A stretch of 64,000 nt of DNA from an uncultured delta proteobacterium (GCA_963822965.1 CAWGJT010000001.1:237737-301736); one strand, 5' to 3'. Positions 41,788 to 52,720 are shown, counted from the first letter of the stretch. Program-made: numbers and translations. Notes: generated by a model from the letters alone, not told the origin.

Positions 41788-42777
41788 TCACCTTCCCATC
41801 CGACGGGCCAGGTCGACGACCCGATTCGTGTAGCCCCACTCGTTGTCGTACCAGGCGAAGACCTTCACCGTGCGGGCGGCGACACGGGTGAGGGGTGCGT
41901 CGAAGATGCATGAGTGCGGATTGCCGATGATGTCGCAGGAGACGAGGGCCTCGGTGGAGTACTCGACGATTCCCTTCATCGAGCCCACCGCGGCTTCCCG
42001 CATGGCGTCGTTCACGGCGTCCACGGAGACGTCCCGGGACACGGTGGTCACCAGGTCGACGATCGAGCCGTCGGGCACCGGCACGCGCATCGCCATCCCG
42101 TCGAGCTTGCCGCGCAGCCTCGGGAGCACCTGGCCGACGGCGCGGGCCGCACCCGTCGTGGTGGGAATGATGTTCTCGCCCGCGGCTCGCGACCGGCGCA
42201 GGTCCTTGTGGAACCAATCCGCCAGACGCTGGTCGTTCGTGTAGGCGTGTACGGTGGTCATCAGCCCGCGCACGAGGCCGAAGCGCTCGTCGATGACCTT
42301 GACGAGGGGCGCGAGACAGTTGGTGGTGCACGATGCGTTCGAGACGATCCGGTGCTCGGGCTGCAGGTCGACGTCGTTCACGCCCAGCACGATGGTGGCG
42401 TCGATCTCGTCCTTGGCCGGGACCGTCAGCAACACCTTGCGGGCGCCCGCCGAAAGGTGCCCCTCGAGCTCCGCACGCTCACGGAACCGCCCGGTGGCCT
42501 CGATCACGACGTCGACTCCGAGATCCTTCCAGGGCAGGTCCTCGGGACGCTTGCACTTGGTCAGGAGGCTCCGCTGTCCGCAGGCGATCAGACGATCGCC
42601 CTCGAGGCGCACGTCGTGCTCGAAGCGTCCCATCACGGTGTCGTACTTCAGGAGGTACGCGAGGGGCTCATTGGCGGCGATGTCGTTGATCGCCACGACC
42701 TCGATCTCCGGGTCGTCGGCGACCAGGCGGTACACCGAGCGGCCGATGCGACCGAATCCGTTGATGGCGATCTTCAT
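41788..42777 (-). CDS. gap: Type I glyceraldehyde-3-phosphate dehydrogenase
   Basis: INGFGRIGR, SNASCTTNC, TTVHAYT, PTTTGAA, RVP, WYDNEWGY. Confidence 0.96.
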   Translation of the reverse strand: MKIAINGFGRIGRSVYRLVADDPEIEVVAINDIAANEPLAYLLKYDTVMGRFEHDVRLEGDRLIACGQRSLLTKCKRPEDLPWKDLGVDVVIEATGRFRERAELEGHLSAGARKVLLTVPAKDEIDATIVLGVNDVDLQPEHRIVSNASCTTNCLAPLVKVIDERFGLVRGLMTTVHAYTNDQRLADWFHKDLRRSRAAGENIIPTTTGAARAVGQVLPRLRGKLDGMAMRVPVPDGSIVDLVTTVSRDVSVDAVNDAMREAAVGSMKGIVEYSTEALVSCDIIGNPHSCIFDAPLTRVAARTVKVFAWYDNEWGYTNRVVDLARRMGR

Positions 42778-42804
42778 GGCAGAACCTCTGGAGCCGATGG
42801 GTTG

Positions 42805-43809
42805 CTACTTCGGCGCGAGCTGGCGGATCACCTCGGCGATGCGGTGCGCGAGTCCGCCGCCCTGCGCGTACCAACCGAGGGTCTTCACCATGGTCCCGTC
42901 GACGACCATCGTGGCCTGGGAGTCGAACGTGCAGGACGCGGGGGATTCCGTCACGTCCGAGGACACGATGGGCTCCTCGGTGTAGTCGACGATCCCCTTC
43001 AGGGTGCTTCCGGAGACACTCCGGAACACCTCGTTGATCTCCCGCGTGCCGGCCGGCAGGGCGAGCGTCGCGACCAGATCGGCGCACGAGACGTCGGGAA
43101 CGGGCACGTTCAGCTTGCAGCCACCGAAACGTCCGGCGAGCTTCGGGAAGATGCGAGGAATCACCTCCTCGGTCCAGCTGTCCACCGGAACGATGTTCTC
43201 GACCGCGGCCCGCGAGAGCCGCAGGTTCACGTTGCTCGGCACGTCGATCAGGCTCTGCTCGGTGGTGTAGGCATGCACGGACGTGAAGAAGGCCTCTTCC
43301 ACCCCGAACGCGTCGTCCAGGGCCTTGAGCATGACGGCCACGCAGTTGGCCGTGCTCGAGCCGCAGGAGATGATGCGATGCTCGCGCGCGATGGGGCCCG
43401 GGCTCACGCCCCGGATGTGCACCGAGTCGATCTCGTCGCGTGGCGGTGTCGTCAGGATCACCCGGTCGGCCCCGGCTTCGAGATGGCGCTCCAGCTCGGC
43501 CCGGGTGCGGTAGCGCCCGGTAGCCTCGATCACCACGTCGGCGCCGTAGTCGTACCAGGGCACCTTGCCCGGCTCGGCCTGGTGGAGAACGGGAATCCGC
43601 TTGCCGCCCACGTAGAGGTGGTCGTCCATCACGCGGACGGGCTCGCCGAAGTGGCCGTGCAGGGAGTCGAACTGGAGCAGATACTCGAGCGCGTCCGGGG
43701 GGGCGATGTCGTTGACGGCGACGATCTCGATGCTTGGGTCGCGATAGACCGCTCGGAAGAGATTCCTTCCCATGCGGCCAAATCCCATGATCGCGATGCG
43801 GATCGCCAT
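42805..43809 (-). CDS. GAPDH-like paralog lacking the catalytic Cys
   Basis: GFGRMGR Rossmann motif retained; SCGSSTANC replaces SNASCTTNC. Confidence 0.88.
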   Translation of the reverse strand: MAIRIAIMGFGRMGRNLFRAVYRDPSIEIVAVNDIAPPDALEYLLQFDSLHGHFGEPVRVMDDHLYVGGKRIPVLHQAEPGKVPWYDYGADVVIEATGRYRTRAELERHLEAGADRVILTTPPRDEIDSVHIRGVSPGPIAREHRIISCGSSTANCVAVMLKALDDAFGVEEAFFTSVHAYTTEQSLIDVPSNVNLRLSRAAVENIVPVDSWTEEVIPRIFPKLAGRFGGCKLNVPVPDVSCADLVATLALPAGTREINEVFRSVSGSTLKGIVDYTEEPIVSSDVTESPASCTFDSQATMVVDGTMVKTLGWYAQGGGLAHRIAEVIRQLAPK

Positions 43810-44005
43810 CCTCCTCCCCCCGGTGCCCGTGCAGACGGGCTGGAGTCTAGCCGATTCACCGCGCGGATCAGGTCGCAGGGTCCGCGGGCGCACCGCTCCA
43901 CGCGAGCGGCGGGAGACCGCCGCCGCGGCGAATCGCGGAGCACGCGCGCATCGGCACGCCTGGGCAGCTTCCCCCGCAGGCGTTCGGCGGCGGGGCGCGC
44001 GGGAA

Positions 44006-45541
44006 TCAGCTCCCGATGCACTCCGGCGGCGGCGGACCGAAGACCTCGCTGATTTCGCCAATCACGTCCGCCGTCGGCCAACTCGACCGCTCGGTCGCCG
44101 CTCGGATGCGTTCCTGCATCGGCCAGGGCCAGAGCGGAACCGGCGTCTCGCGTCCATCGACGTAGCGATGACAGATCGAGGCTCCACCCCCGGTCCCCCG
44201 GTAGATGTCCACCTGCTTGCGCTGACTCCAGGGCACCAGGCGGACGTCGTCCAGGCTCCAGTCCTTTCCGATGCGAGCCACCGGCTCGTGGCCGGCCAGC
44301 AGCGTGACGTGCCGCAGCAGCACCGGCGAGCGGGCACGGTCGTCCTGGAGCTGCCACGAACAGCCGTCCGGGTGCTTCTGGGGATCGTCGTCGCAGTTCG
44401 CCAGGTTGGCCGCGAACATCTTCGCACCGGAGATGGCCGCGACGCTGTCCTCGATCAGCGCGCCCTTCTGGCCCTTCGACGGGTAGGTGCCGCCTCCAAC
44501 GCGGAAGCCGGCGATCCTCGTGAGAGGGCTGCTCGAAGGCGCGTACGCCAGGCTGCCGTAGATCCTCAGGTTGATCGCGTGGCGGTCCCGATCCCCGGGC
44601 TCGAGCCAGCGCGCGTCCGGGCCCGCGCTCCCGTCGGTGGCGATCAGGCCGACGCCCGGCTGGTAGTCGGCGGGCTGGGCGGCGGCGACGCGAGAGCCGC
44701 CGACCGTGGCGATCAGGTTCTCGCAGATCGCGTCGTAGCTCTGGTTGGAGCAGGAGAAGGCGAACTTGTTCCGGGCCTCGTAGGGGTAGCGGCCGTCCCA
44801 GCGCGCCCAGATCCGGCGCATCACGACCCGCTTCGAGCGATAGTTCTCGAAGATCTTCCGACCCCAGCCGAAGCCCGCACAGTCCTCGAGCAGCACGTCG
44901 GATACGTCCGCGATGCTGAAGACGTGCTGGTTCTCGCCGCCGATGGCGTCGTAGTCCCGGGTCGACCCGTACGGGAGGAAGTCCCGCCAGGCCACCACAC
45001 GGCGCAGGACGACGTGGTGTGCCGGGACCTGGTCGTGTTTGCCTTCCTGCTTGCGACCCCCCACCCGCACGGGCGCACCACGGCTGTTGTAGGCGTTCAG
45101 TCCCTCGACGGTCCAGTAGCTCAGATTCAGGAGACGGAGGGTCGCCCTCTCGAACTCCCCGTCGATCCAGACCGCGCCGTCGTTGACGGCACGGATCTCC
45201 ACGGGCGCCTCCGAGGTCCCGGAGAACATGGCTTCGGAGGGCGGCTTGAGCATCGAGCGATCGCCGCGGTAGACGCCGTCCTTGAGGCAGAGGACGGTGC
45301 CTGGCTTCACGAGCTTGCGCTTCCAGAAGTCGCTCACGGGAATCGGAGCGTCGGGGGTGCCGACGGCATAGCGCGCGGCGAAGGGCTCACCCTCGGGGAC
45401 CCGCCCCCCGTCCGACGCCATCGGCGCGGCGTAGTACGTGCAGGGCATCTGGGCCTCGGCTCCGGTCGCAACGACCGTGAGCGCAGCGAGAACCGGAATC
45501 GCCAGACGCCCCCAGCGGCGTCGATCCGGACGTCGTCGCAT
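44006..45541 (-). CDS. Secreted protein, probable right-handed beta-helix (pectin lyase-like) fold
   Basis: Signal peptide; PGTVLCLKDGVY, APVEIRA, repeated short beta-strand motifs. Confidence 0.6.
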   Translation of the reverse strand: MRRRPDRRRWGRLAIPVLAALTVVATGAEAQMPCTYYAAPMASDGGRVPEGEPFAARYAVGTPDAPIPVSDFWKRKLVKPGTVLCLKDGVYRGDRSMLKPPSEAMFSGTSEAPVEIRAVNDGAVWIDGEFERATLRLLNLSYWTVEGLNAYNSRGAPVRVGGRKQEGKHDQVPAHHVVLRRVVAWRDFLPYGSTRDYDAIGGENQHVFSIADVSDVLLEDCAGFGWGRKIFENYRSKRVVMRRIWARWDGRYPYEARNKFAFSCSNQSYDAICENLIATVGGSRVAAAQPADYQPGVGLIATDGSAGPDARWLEPGDRDRHAINLRIYGSLAYAPSSSPLTRIAGFRVGGGTYPSKGQKGALIEDSVAAISGAKMFAANLANCDDDPQKHPDGCSWQLQDDRARSPVLLRHVTLLAGHEPVARIGKDWSLDDVRLVPWSQRKQVDIYRGTGGGASICHRYVDGRETPVPLWPWPMQERIRAATERSSWPTADVIGEISEVFGPPPPECIGS

Positions 45542-45734
45542 TTCGCTTCCCCCGTCGACTCCGTTCCCTCATCGGACGCCGGCCACGGGAGGCTGAGGCC
45601 CAGCCCTCCCCCGGTGTTCCGGGCAGAGGCTTCCGGTGGGAACGGAATCGCGTGGCTGCGGCCGCCTGGCGGGGCCTTCCGCCGGCCGGGCAGGGCTCTC
45701 CGGCGGGACGGGGCGGTCCGGACGGGCCGACGGG

Positions 45735-46421
45735 TCAGCGCGCGTGCGAGGAACGCTCTCGCACCTCGGCGGCCATCTGCTGGCGTTCCTGCTCGACCCG
45801 CGCCCGGAGATGGACGATTCCGTCGATCACGGTGTCGTTCATCAAGCTGTTCAGAAGCCAGGCGGGAATCGAGCCCCCGATCTCCGTGTGGCTCTCGTAG
45901 GCGGCGTGGGTGCGCCCGTCCGGCAGCGGGGTGAACACCCAGGAGCCGCTCGACCTCTCGAGCCGCACGACTCCCTCTCGGGGCGCGGGACCCTCGTCCG
46001 TGGCGTTCCACTCCACGCGGTAGACGCCGCTGGCAGGATCGAAGGAGCGGACCGCGCGGGTCGTCACGTCCCGATCGGAGACCAGCGGCATGTCGATGTA
46101 GGAGTAGACGACCGTGACGTCCCCGTCGTCCCGCAGGATCGTCTTGGTCATGTTGCGAGGACCGGCCGCGGGATCCGCGGCGTTCTTGCGGGCGGCGTCC
46201 GCGACCAGGGACGCCGGGGCGTCGACGGTCGCCTCGAGGCGGAAGGCGGTGGAGTCGGAGCCCGGGAGCTCGCGGCGGTACAGCACATACCCGTTGTCCG
46301 GGTCGTCGTTGCGCTCCCGCACGATCCAGGGCGAGCGAGCGCTGACGTCGGGAAGGCTTCCGGCCCGCGCCGGGCCGGCCGCACCCGCTGCCATGGCCAG
46401 GCCGAGCAGCCCGGCGATCAT
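45735..46421 (-). CDS. Exported START/SRPBCC lipid-binding domain protein
   Basis: PLVSDRD, GSWVFTP, GGSIPAWLLN; start uncertain. Confidence 0.8.
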   Translation of the reverse strand: MIAGLLGLAMAAGAAGPARAGSLPDVSARSPWIVRERNDDPDNGYVLYRRELPGSDSTAFRLEATVDAPASLVADAARKNAADPAAGPRNMTKTILRDDGDVTVVYSYIDMPLVSDRDVTTRAVRSFDPASGVYRVEWNATDEGPAPREGVVRLERSSGSWVFTPLPDGRTHAAYESHTEIGGSIPAWLLNSLMNDTVIDGIVHLRARVEQERQQMAAEVRERSSHAR

Positions 46422-46723
46422 CGCCGTCGACGATGTCGACGCTGCGTACCGCCGCCCTGCCCTTCGTCCCCACCGCCGACGCCCGTCCGCGCCCTGCATC
46501 TCCAGCTCCGCACCCGCCTTCGCCCGTCCGGCCACGACCCCTCGGCCCGCGCGCCGTGCAGGCGGCTCGCCGCCCACGCAGGAACGAGTAGCGCAGCGAC
46601 CCAGCGTCGAAAACCAGCGACCCGCTGCGAGCGCACCCGTTCGCAAGGCGCGATGCGAAAACGAAGTCGGCGTTCGTTCGGGCGCTGAACCGGTTTCGTG
46701 GCCACCGAACGGAGGGCCGGGAA

Positions 46724-47125
46724 TCAGGACGAGAAGAGCTTCTGCTGGGCGTAGAGCGTGTCGAGGTGCTCCCGGACCTCGCGGATGCGACCGCCCCGCA
46801 CCCGGAACGCGAAGTGATAGTGATTGTGGTACGGCTCGCCTCGCGCGGTCCGGGCCTCCAGCGTCAGCTGCACCGACACCCAGTCGTCCTCGGCGATCAT
46901 CCGGGAGATCTCCACGCTCATCGGGTGACTCGTGTCGTAGAGCCCGACCCCGCTCGCCATCAACGCGAGCACCGCCTCCTTGCCGGCGTGCAGCCCACCC
47001 AGCGCGGAGCTGGGCGGGGCCCACCAGCTCACGTCGTCCGCCAGCAGCTCGGACAGCCCCGGATCCCCGCTGCGCATGGCGTCGAAGTAGTCCCGTACCA
47101 ATCGCTTGTTGTCGGCGGCACTCAT
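46724..47125 (-). CDS. NTF2/SnoaL-like protein
   Basis: LLADDVSWW, IAEDDWV, YHNHY, VREHLDT; ATGA overlap with the SDR gene. Confidence 0.88.
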   Translation of the reverse strand: MSAADNKRLVRDYFDAMRSGDPGLSELLADDVSWWAPPSSALGGLHAGKEAVLALMASGVGLYDTSHPMSVEISRMIAEDDWVSVQLTLEARTARGEPYHNHYHFAFRVRGGRIREVREHLDTLYAQQKLFSS

Positions 47126-47949
47126 GGCATGTACGCGCCTCCCCCGACGCTCACGAGCTGCCCCGTGAGGTGGGCGGACAGGGGCGAGGCCAGGAAGACC
47201 GCCAGGTTGGCGACGTCCTCCGGCCGGCCGAGGCGCTGCAGGGGCTGCCCACCCGCGTTGAAGAGCTCGCCCGTCTCGGCCTGCTTCGCCATCTGCTCGG
47301 GAGTGCCGAAGAACGCGTAGCCGTATTTCTTCCAGAAGCTTCCCGAACCCACGTGGTCCGCCTCCCAGGGGACGATCCATCCCGGCGACACGCAGTTGAT
47401 GCGCACGCCGTGGGGCGCCCACTCGTGGGCGAGCGCCTTCGAGAAGGACATCACGTAGCCCTTGGTGCCCGCGTAGTTCGCCACCTGGTTGCCCGCTTCG
47501 CCGAGGAGGGCCGAGTTGGAGGTGATATTGACGATACTGCCGGCGCCCCGGGCGACCATGCGTTCGCCCACGGCGCGCGTGCAGTTGACCACCCCGTGGA
47601 TGTTGAGCGCGATCTCCCAGTCGGCCTCTTCGTCGGGCTTCTCCAGGAAGGGACGCGGATAGGCGACACCACCGGCGTTGTTCACCAGCACGTCCACCTC
47701 GCCGAAGCCGTCGCGGGCCGCCTCCACCAGGGCTCGCACCGAGGCGCGGTCGGTGACGTCGGTGGGGACCACCCGAACCTCTCCGCCCCCCGAGGCGGCG
47801 GCGGCGGCCACCTCTCCGCACTTCTCCGCGTCCCGACTGGCGAGCACCACCCGGGCGCCCTCCCGGGCGAAGGCGAGCACCAGGCCCCGGCCGATCCCGC
47901 CGCTGGCGCCGGTCACGATCACGGTGCGTCCTTCGAGTCCGACGTCCAA
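47122..47949 (-). CDS. SDR family oxidoreductase
   Basis: TGASGGIG, NNAG, YAGTK, NCVSPG. Confidence 0.93.
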   Translation of the reverse strand: MDVGLEGRTVIVTGASGGIGRGLVLAFAREGARVVLASRDAEKCGEVAAAAASGGGEVRVVPTDVTDRASVRALVEAARDGFGEVDVLVNNAGGVAYPRPFLEKPDEEADWEIALNIHGVVNCTRAVGERMVARGAGSIVNITSNSALLGEAGNQVANYAGTKGYVMSFSKALAHEWAPHGVRINCVSPGWIVPWEADHVGSGSFWKKYGYAFFGTPEQMAKQAETGELFNAGGQPLQRLGRPEDVANLAVFLASPLSAHLTGQLVSVGGGAYMP

Positions 47950-48009
47950 GGCTTCCTCCGCGATGCCCCCCGGCGGGCGGCTCCCGGGGCGACGATAGCC
48001 CGACCCGCT

Positions 48010-48708
48010 TCAGCCAGCGGGGACGGCGACAATCGCGGCGAGCTCCGACAGCGCCGCCTGCATGCGGTCCACGTGGTCGCTGTACACGCCGTCGACCCCC
48101 AGGGCGAGCAGATGCCGCAGGTCGGCGGACTCCTGGAGGTCCCAGGCGAACGCGAGACGACCCCAGGCCGCGAGGTCGGCGCGCAGCTGCTCGTTCCAGT
48201 GGCTGTGGTGCAGGTTCAGGGCGTCGATGCCGAGCCGCGCCATCCGCGCCGCCCGTTCCCGACCGGAGGTCCGCATGTGCGCGGGGCTCGCCGAGTCGAC
48301 CAGGCGGACGCGGGTGGACGCCTGCCTCCAGGGCAGCAGCTGTCTCCAGTTCCAGTGGCAAAGCCAGAGGCGCTCGCTGGCGCCGGCCGCGTCCGCCACC
48401 CGCAGCACCTCGGCGGCGGCCGCTTCGTGCTTGACGTCGAGGGAGAGCTCGAAGTCCGTCCCGCACTCGGCGTAGAGCTCGGCGAGGGATGGGATGTGTG
48501 CCGGGAGCGCCGCACGCGCCAGGGTGGGAATCGGAACCCCACCCACGTCGCCGTCGTGATCGAGCACCGCCACCCCGTCGGCGGTGAGCCAGACGTCCGA
48601 CTCGAGCCCGCGAGCGCCCATCTCGAGGGCGAGCGCAAAGGCCTCGAGGGTGTTCTCGCGCGCGTGAGCGCGGGCGCCCCGATGGGCGAATCCGATGGGT
48701 CCGGTCAC
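48010..48708 (-). CDS. Glycerophosphodiester phosphodiesterase family protein
   Basis: FAHRG, ENTLEAF, ESDV, HD, GVDGVYSD. Confidence 0.9.
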   Translation of the reverse strand: MTGPIGFAHRGARAHARENTLEAFALALEMGARGLESDVWLTADGVAVLDHDGDVGGVPIPTLARAALPAHIPSLAELYAECGTDFELSLDVKHEAAAAEVLRVADAAGASERLWLCHWNWRQLLPWRQASTRVRLVDSASPAHMRTSGRERAARMARLGIDALNLHHSHWNEQLRADLAAWGRLAFAWDLQESADLRHLLALGVDGVYSDHVDRMQAALSELAAIVAVPAG

Positions 48709-49048
48709 GGCGCCTCCGGCGTTCCGCGCCGGGCCCGGCGTGCCCCGGGCTGAACGGGCTTCACGCAACCGGCCGGCGCCGACGTCAGGCTAACGCGCAT
48801 CCGACGGCGGGTCGCGTCGCCCGCGAGCCGGCGCGGAACGGCCGGCTAGAGCCCATCTCACAAACCCCGACCGAGCCAGGCGAGCGAGTTCGGCCCGAGA
48901 TCGAGGCGTCGAAAGCGAAGGCGTGGTGTCGCTACGGCGAGGTTTCGCAACGACGAGATCGGGGCGATGACGCCGCCTGGCGACCGAGCGGGCTTGTGAG
49001 ATGGGCTCTATGGTCCCCGGGGCAGGACAAGACGGAAGGAGACCCGAC

Positions 49049-50170
49049 ATGCCCCTCGGACCGATGGACGAGCTCCTCGCGCACCAGACCTGCGAGACCT
49101 TCGACCACGTCTTCACGAGCGATCGCAACTTCTACGACCGCTACTACTTCAACATGCATCCGTCGAGCGACGAGCTCTTCCTGGTCGCCGGCATGGGCCA
49201 GTACCCGAACCTGGGGACCATGGACGCCTTCGTGTCGGTCTCCCACGGCGAGCGGATCGACGTCGTTCGCGCCTCCCGCGAGCTGGGCTCCGATCGCATG
49301 AGCACCCGGGTGGGTCCGCTCGGGGTGGAGATCCTGAAGGGGCTCGAGAAGGTGCGCGTCTACTGCGAGCCCAACGAGTGGAACCTCGCCTTCGACCTGG
49401 TCTTCGACGGCACTGTCCCCGCCATCGAGGAGCCCAAGACCTTCCAGCGCCACCCCCATGGCCGGGTCCACATGGATACCTCCCGCTACTCGCAGGTCGG
49501 CACCTGGAGCGGAACCCTCGAGGTCGGCGGCCGGCGCTACGACGTGACCCCCGATCGCTGGCAGGGTGTTCGCGACCACTCCTGGGGCATCCGGGGCGTC
49601 GGCGAGCCCGAGCCGCCGGGCATCCGCGTGAAGCAAGCCAGCCAGGGCTTCGGGTTCTACCACGTGTGGATCCCGCTGCAGCTCGACGACGCCCTGCTGA
49701 AGCTCTTCGTCGAGGAGGACATGCATGGCAACCGGCTGGTCGAGGAGTCCATGCGCATCCCGACCTTCGCGGCGGGCGGCGACCCGGAGCCCATGGGCTC
49801 ACCCCGCTTCCGCTATCGCTACCGCCCGGGATCGCGGGAGATCGAGCACGTGACCGTCCACGTCGACGACCCGTCGGGCAAGCCTCTGACCATCGAGGCG
49901 ACGCCGCTTCGCACCCTCTACCTGGCGGCCGGCTCCGGCTACATCCCGCAGCCCGACTGGACCCACGGCATGTACCAGGGCGAGCTCAAGGTGGAGGGCA
50001 GGAGCTACGACCTGTCGACGGCGGCCGAGCGCGCGAAGTACGGGCCGCTCTACGAGACCCTGTCGCGCTTCGAGGTGAGCACGGGCCAGGTGGGCTACGG
50101 GCTGCTCGAGAACCTGTGCGTGGGCACCTATCACCCCCACGGCTTCGACCACCCCGGCGCCGTCGCCTGA
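49049..50170 (+). CDS. Conserved hypothetical protein (possible AttH/tocopherol-cyclase-like fold)
   Basis: Strong coding bias; FYDRYYFN and RDHSWGIR motifs; AAGGAG RBS. Confidence 0.65.
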   Translation: MPLGPMDELLAHQTCETFDHVFTSDRNFYDRYYFNMHPSSDELFLVAGMGQYPNLGTMDAFVSVSHGERIDVVRASRELGSDRMSTRVGPLGVEILKGLEKVRVYCEPNEWNLAFDLVFDGTVPAIEEPKTFQRHPHGRVHMDTSRYSQVGTWSGTLEVGGRRYDVTPDRWQGVRDHSWGIRGVGEPEPPGIRVKQASQGFGFYHVWIPLQLDDALLKLFVEEDMHGNRLVEESMRIPTFAAGGDPEPMGSPRFRYRYRPGSREIEHVTVHVDDPSGKPLTIEATPLRTLYLAAGSGYIPQPDWTHGMYQGELKVEGRSYDLSTAAERAKYGPLYETLSRFEVSTGQVGYGLLENLCVGTYHPHGFDHPGAVA

Positions 50171-50210
50171 CGAGCCCGACGAATTCCGGAGGGCCACCTC
50201 GACCCGGGAC

Positions 50211-51272
50211 TCAGAGAGCCTCCTGCTCGATCTCGTCGCCGTCCCCCGGCAGCCGGAAGTGCATGCCGTCCTCGCCGAGGACGACGGTCACCTCGCCGCC
50301 GTCGTCCACGCCGCGGAAGAAGACGTCCCGGGCCAGGACGGACGGCAGCGGCGGTACGCGGTGGGAGAAGACCACGAGATCGACCTGGGCCTCGCGGGCG
50401 ACCTCCACGGCCTGGGCCGGTGTGGTGTGATACTCCAGCACGTCGTGCGCGATCTTGCCGATGCGGTCGCGCCCGGACGCGTAGGCAGATTCGCTCAGGA
50501 TCTTCATGACGCTGTCCACCAGCACCTCGTGCACGAGCACGTCGGCGCCCTTCGCGAGCCGGACGAGGTTCTGCGAAGGGACCGTGTCGCCGCTCACGAC
50601 CACCGAGCGTCCCGCGTAGTCGAAGCGGTATGCCACCGCCGGCACCACGGGGCGGTGGTCCACCGCGACCGAGGTCACCTTCACGCCGTCGGCCTCCAGC
50701 ACGGTCACGATGCCGCCGTCGTCGGGCGGAACGAAGGTGTGTGCGACCAGCTCGCCGCCCGCGGGCGGAACGATCTCCGGGCCATGGTGCGCCACGCGGT
50801 ACTCCGAATCGAGCGCGTACGCGGCGCTGAACCCGTCCACCACCCGCTGCACCCCGGGCGGCCCGAACACGGCGAGGGGCTCCCGGCGGCCCCCTCCCGC
50901 CCAGCTCTGCAGGTTCAGCTCACCGAGCTCGCCGATGTGGTCGGAATGGAAGTGGGTCAGGAAGACGCCTCGCAGCGCACCCAGCGGCAGGCGGTCGACC
51001 TGCAGCCGCTCGCTGGAGCCGGGACCGGTGTCGACGACGTACATCGCTCCCCCGGCGACCACCGCCGTGCAGGGGCCGGCCCGGTCGAGGTCGGGCAGCG
51101 GGGAGCCGGTCCCGCACAGGAAGACGTGCAGGGCGCCGTCGGTGAGCCAGTCGTCGTGCCCGGCCGACGCGGCCGCGGTCGCCGCCCGACGGATGATGCG
51201 GTCCTGCACGTTCTCGCAGGCGAGTGCCGACAGCAGGAGCCCTGCGAGCAGGGCGGTCCCGATCCTGGTCAT
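50211..51272 (-). CDS. MBL-fold metallo-hydrolase (RNase Z/AtsA-like) with lipoprotein signal
   Basis: GTGSP, THFHSDH, SGDT, LVHE; LACE lipobox-like. Confidence 0.88.
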   Translation of the reverse strand: MTRIGTALLAGLLLSALACENVQDRIIRRAATAAASAGHDDWLTDGALHVFLCGTGSPLPDLDRAGPCTAVVAGGAMYVVDTGPGSSERLQVDRLPLGALRGVFLTHFHSDHIGELGELNLQSWAGGGRREPLAVFGPPGVQRVVDGFSAAYALDSEYRVAHHGPEIVPPAGGELVAHTFVPPDDGGIVTVLEADGVKVTSVAVDHRPVVPAVAYRFDYAGRSVVVSGDTVPSQNLVRLAKGADVLVHEVLVDSVMKILSESAYASGRDRIGKIAHDVLEYHTTPAQAVEVAREAQVDLVVFSHRVPPLPSVLARDVFFRGVDDGGEVTVVLGEDGMHFRLPGDGDEIEQEAL

Positions 51273-51487
51273 GGCGATCTCCGTTGGCGCGGTTCGCACG
51301 AGAGACTAGCTCCGGCCGGACGGGTCGAGCACGATCCGTCCCTCGAGCGCGGCGTCGCGCGGTGCGTGGAGATCCCGCCACCCGGTGCGGCGTGCTGGGG
51401 CGGCGGGCGGCCCGCCGAACCGATCATTCGGGGCTCGCCTCTCCCCGCCAGCGACCTCGCCCCCGCCAGCGACCTCGCCGTCCCGGG

Positions 51488-52720
51488 CTAGACCCCGACC
51501 ACGAAGCTGCAGCTCGTCGTGCCGCTGCCGCCGATGTTGAGGGTCTGGAAGTTCTTCGCTCCATCGACCTGGTAGTCGCCGGCCTGACCGGTCACCTGCA
51601 GGTAGGCGTCGAGCAGCTGGCGAACTCCCGTGGCCCCCACCGGGTGCCCGGCGCCGATCAGCCCACCGCTCGGATTGATGGGATACCGGCCGTCGATCTC
51701 GAGCCAGCCCTCTTCGACGGCCTTCCAGCTCTCGCCCGGCTCGGTGATCCCGAAGTGGTCGATCGCCATGTACTCCGAGGTGGTGAAGCAGTCGTGGGTC
51801 TCGATGCCGTCGACGCCGTTCACGTCGGCGATCCCGGCCCGCTTCATCGCCGCGACGACGGTGCTGCGGACGTGGGGCAGGACGAAGCGGTCGTCCCGGC
51901 TCTCGAGAACCTTGTCGCTGAAGCGCAGGCGGGCGGTGTTGTGCCCCCAGCCCTTGATCCGGGGAATCTCGGAGAGCGAGATGCCCTGGCGCTCGGCGTA
52001 CTTCTTCGCGAAGGCCCGGGAGGCCAGGAACACCGTCACGGCGCCGTCGGTCACCTGGGAGCAGTCGGCGATCCGGATCCGCCCACCCACCGCGGCATTG
52101 TCGTCCGTGCGGCAGAGCGCGTGCTCCTTGTTCATGTACCAGGTGCGGGTCTGGGCGTTCGGGTTGAGCTTCGCGTTGGCGTAGTTGATCTTGCTGATCT
52201 CGGCGAGATGCTCGTCCTTGAGGCCGTAGCGCTTGTCGTACTCGTCGCCGAGACGTCCGAAGAGCTTGGGGAAGGGGAACTCGACGCCCTGTGCCTCCTC
52301 CTCGTACCAGGCCGCGGTGCCCAGGAAGGAGCCGCCCTCCGAGGCCGAAACCGTCTTCATCTGCTCGATGCCCACCACGGCCTGGAGGTCGTAGCGGCCC
52401 GCCTCGATCTCCGCCGAAGCCGCGAGCAACGCGATGCTGCCGGAAGCACAGGCGGCCTCGTGGCGGCTGGTCGGCAGGCCGCTGAAGGCCGGGTGCACCT
52501 CGGTGAAGAACGCGCCCAGGTGACCCTGCATGCAGTAGAGCTCGGCGGCGAAGTTGCCGACGTGGGCGCTCTCGACCTCTTCCGGGTCGATGTTGCAGCG
52601 CGCCAGCGCGGCGAGAACGGACTCGCGCATCAGCGCGACGAAGTGCTTCTTCTCCTTGGTCCAGTTCCGCGCGAAGTCGGTCTGGTATCCGCCGAGCACG
52701 TAGACTTCGGGAGTCGCCAT
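51488..52720 (-). CDS. Thiolase (SCP-x-type acetyl-CoA acetyltransferase)
   Basis: [26 protein letters not shown]. Confidence 0.92.
   Translation of the reverse strand: MATPEVYVLGGYQTDFARNWTKEKKHFVALMRESVLAALARCNIDPEEVESAHVGNFAAELYCMQGHLGAFFTEVHPAFSGLPTSRHEAACASGSIALLAASAEIEAGRYDLQAVVGIEQMKTVSASEGGSFLGTAAWYEEEAQGVEFPFPKLFGRLGDEYDKRYGLKDEHLAEISKINYANAKLNPNAQTRTWYMNKEHALCRTDDNAAVGGRIRIADCSQVTDGAVTVFLASRAFAKKYAERQGISLSEIPRIKGWGHNTARLRFSDKVLESRDDRFVLPHVRSTVVAAMKRAGIADVNGVDGIETHDCFTTSEYMAIDHFGITEPGESWKAVEEGWLEIDGRYPINPSGGLIGAGHPVGATGVRQLLDAYLQVTGQAGDYQVDGAKNFQTLNIGGSGTTSCSFVVGV

Noticed and set aside
51443..51478. 18-bp tandem duplication CCCCGCCAGCGACCTCGC downstream of the thiolase
   Set aside because: Only two copies and no other occurrence seen; probably slippage or an artefact.
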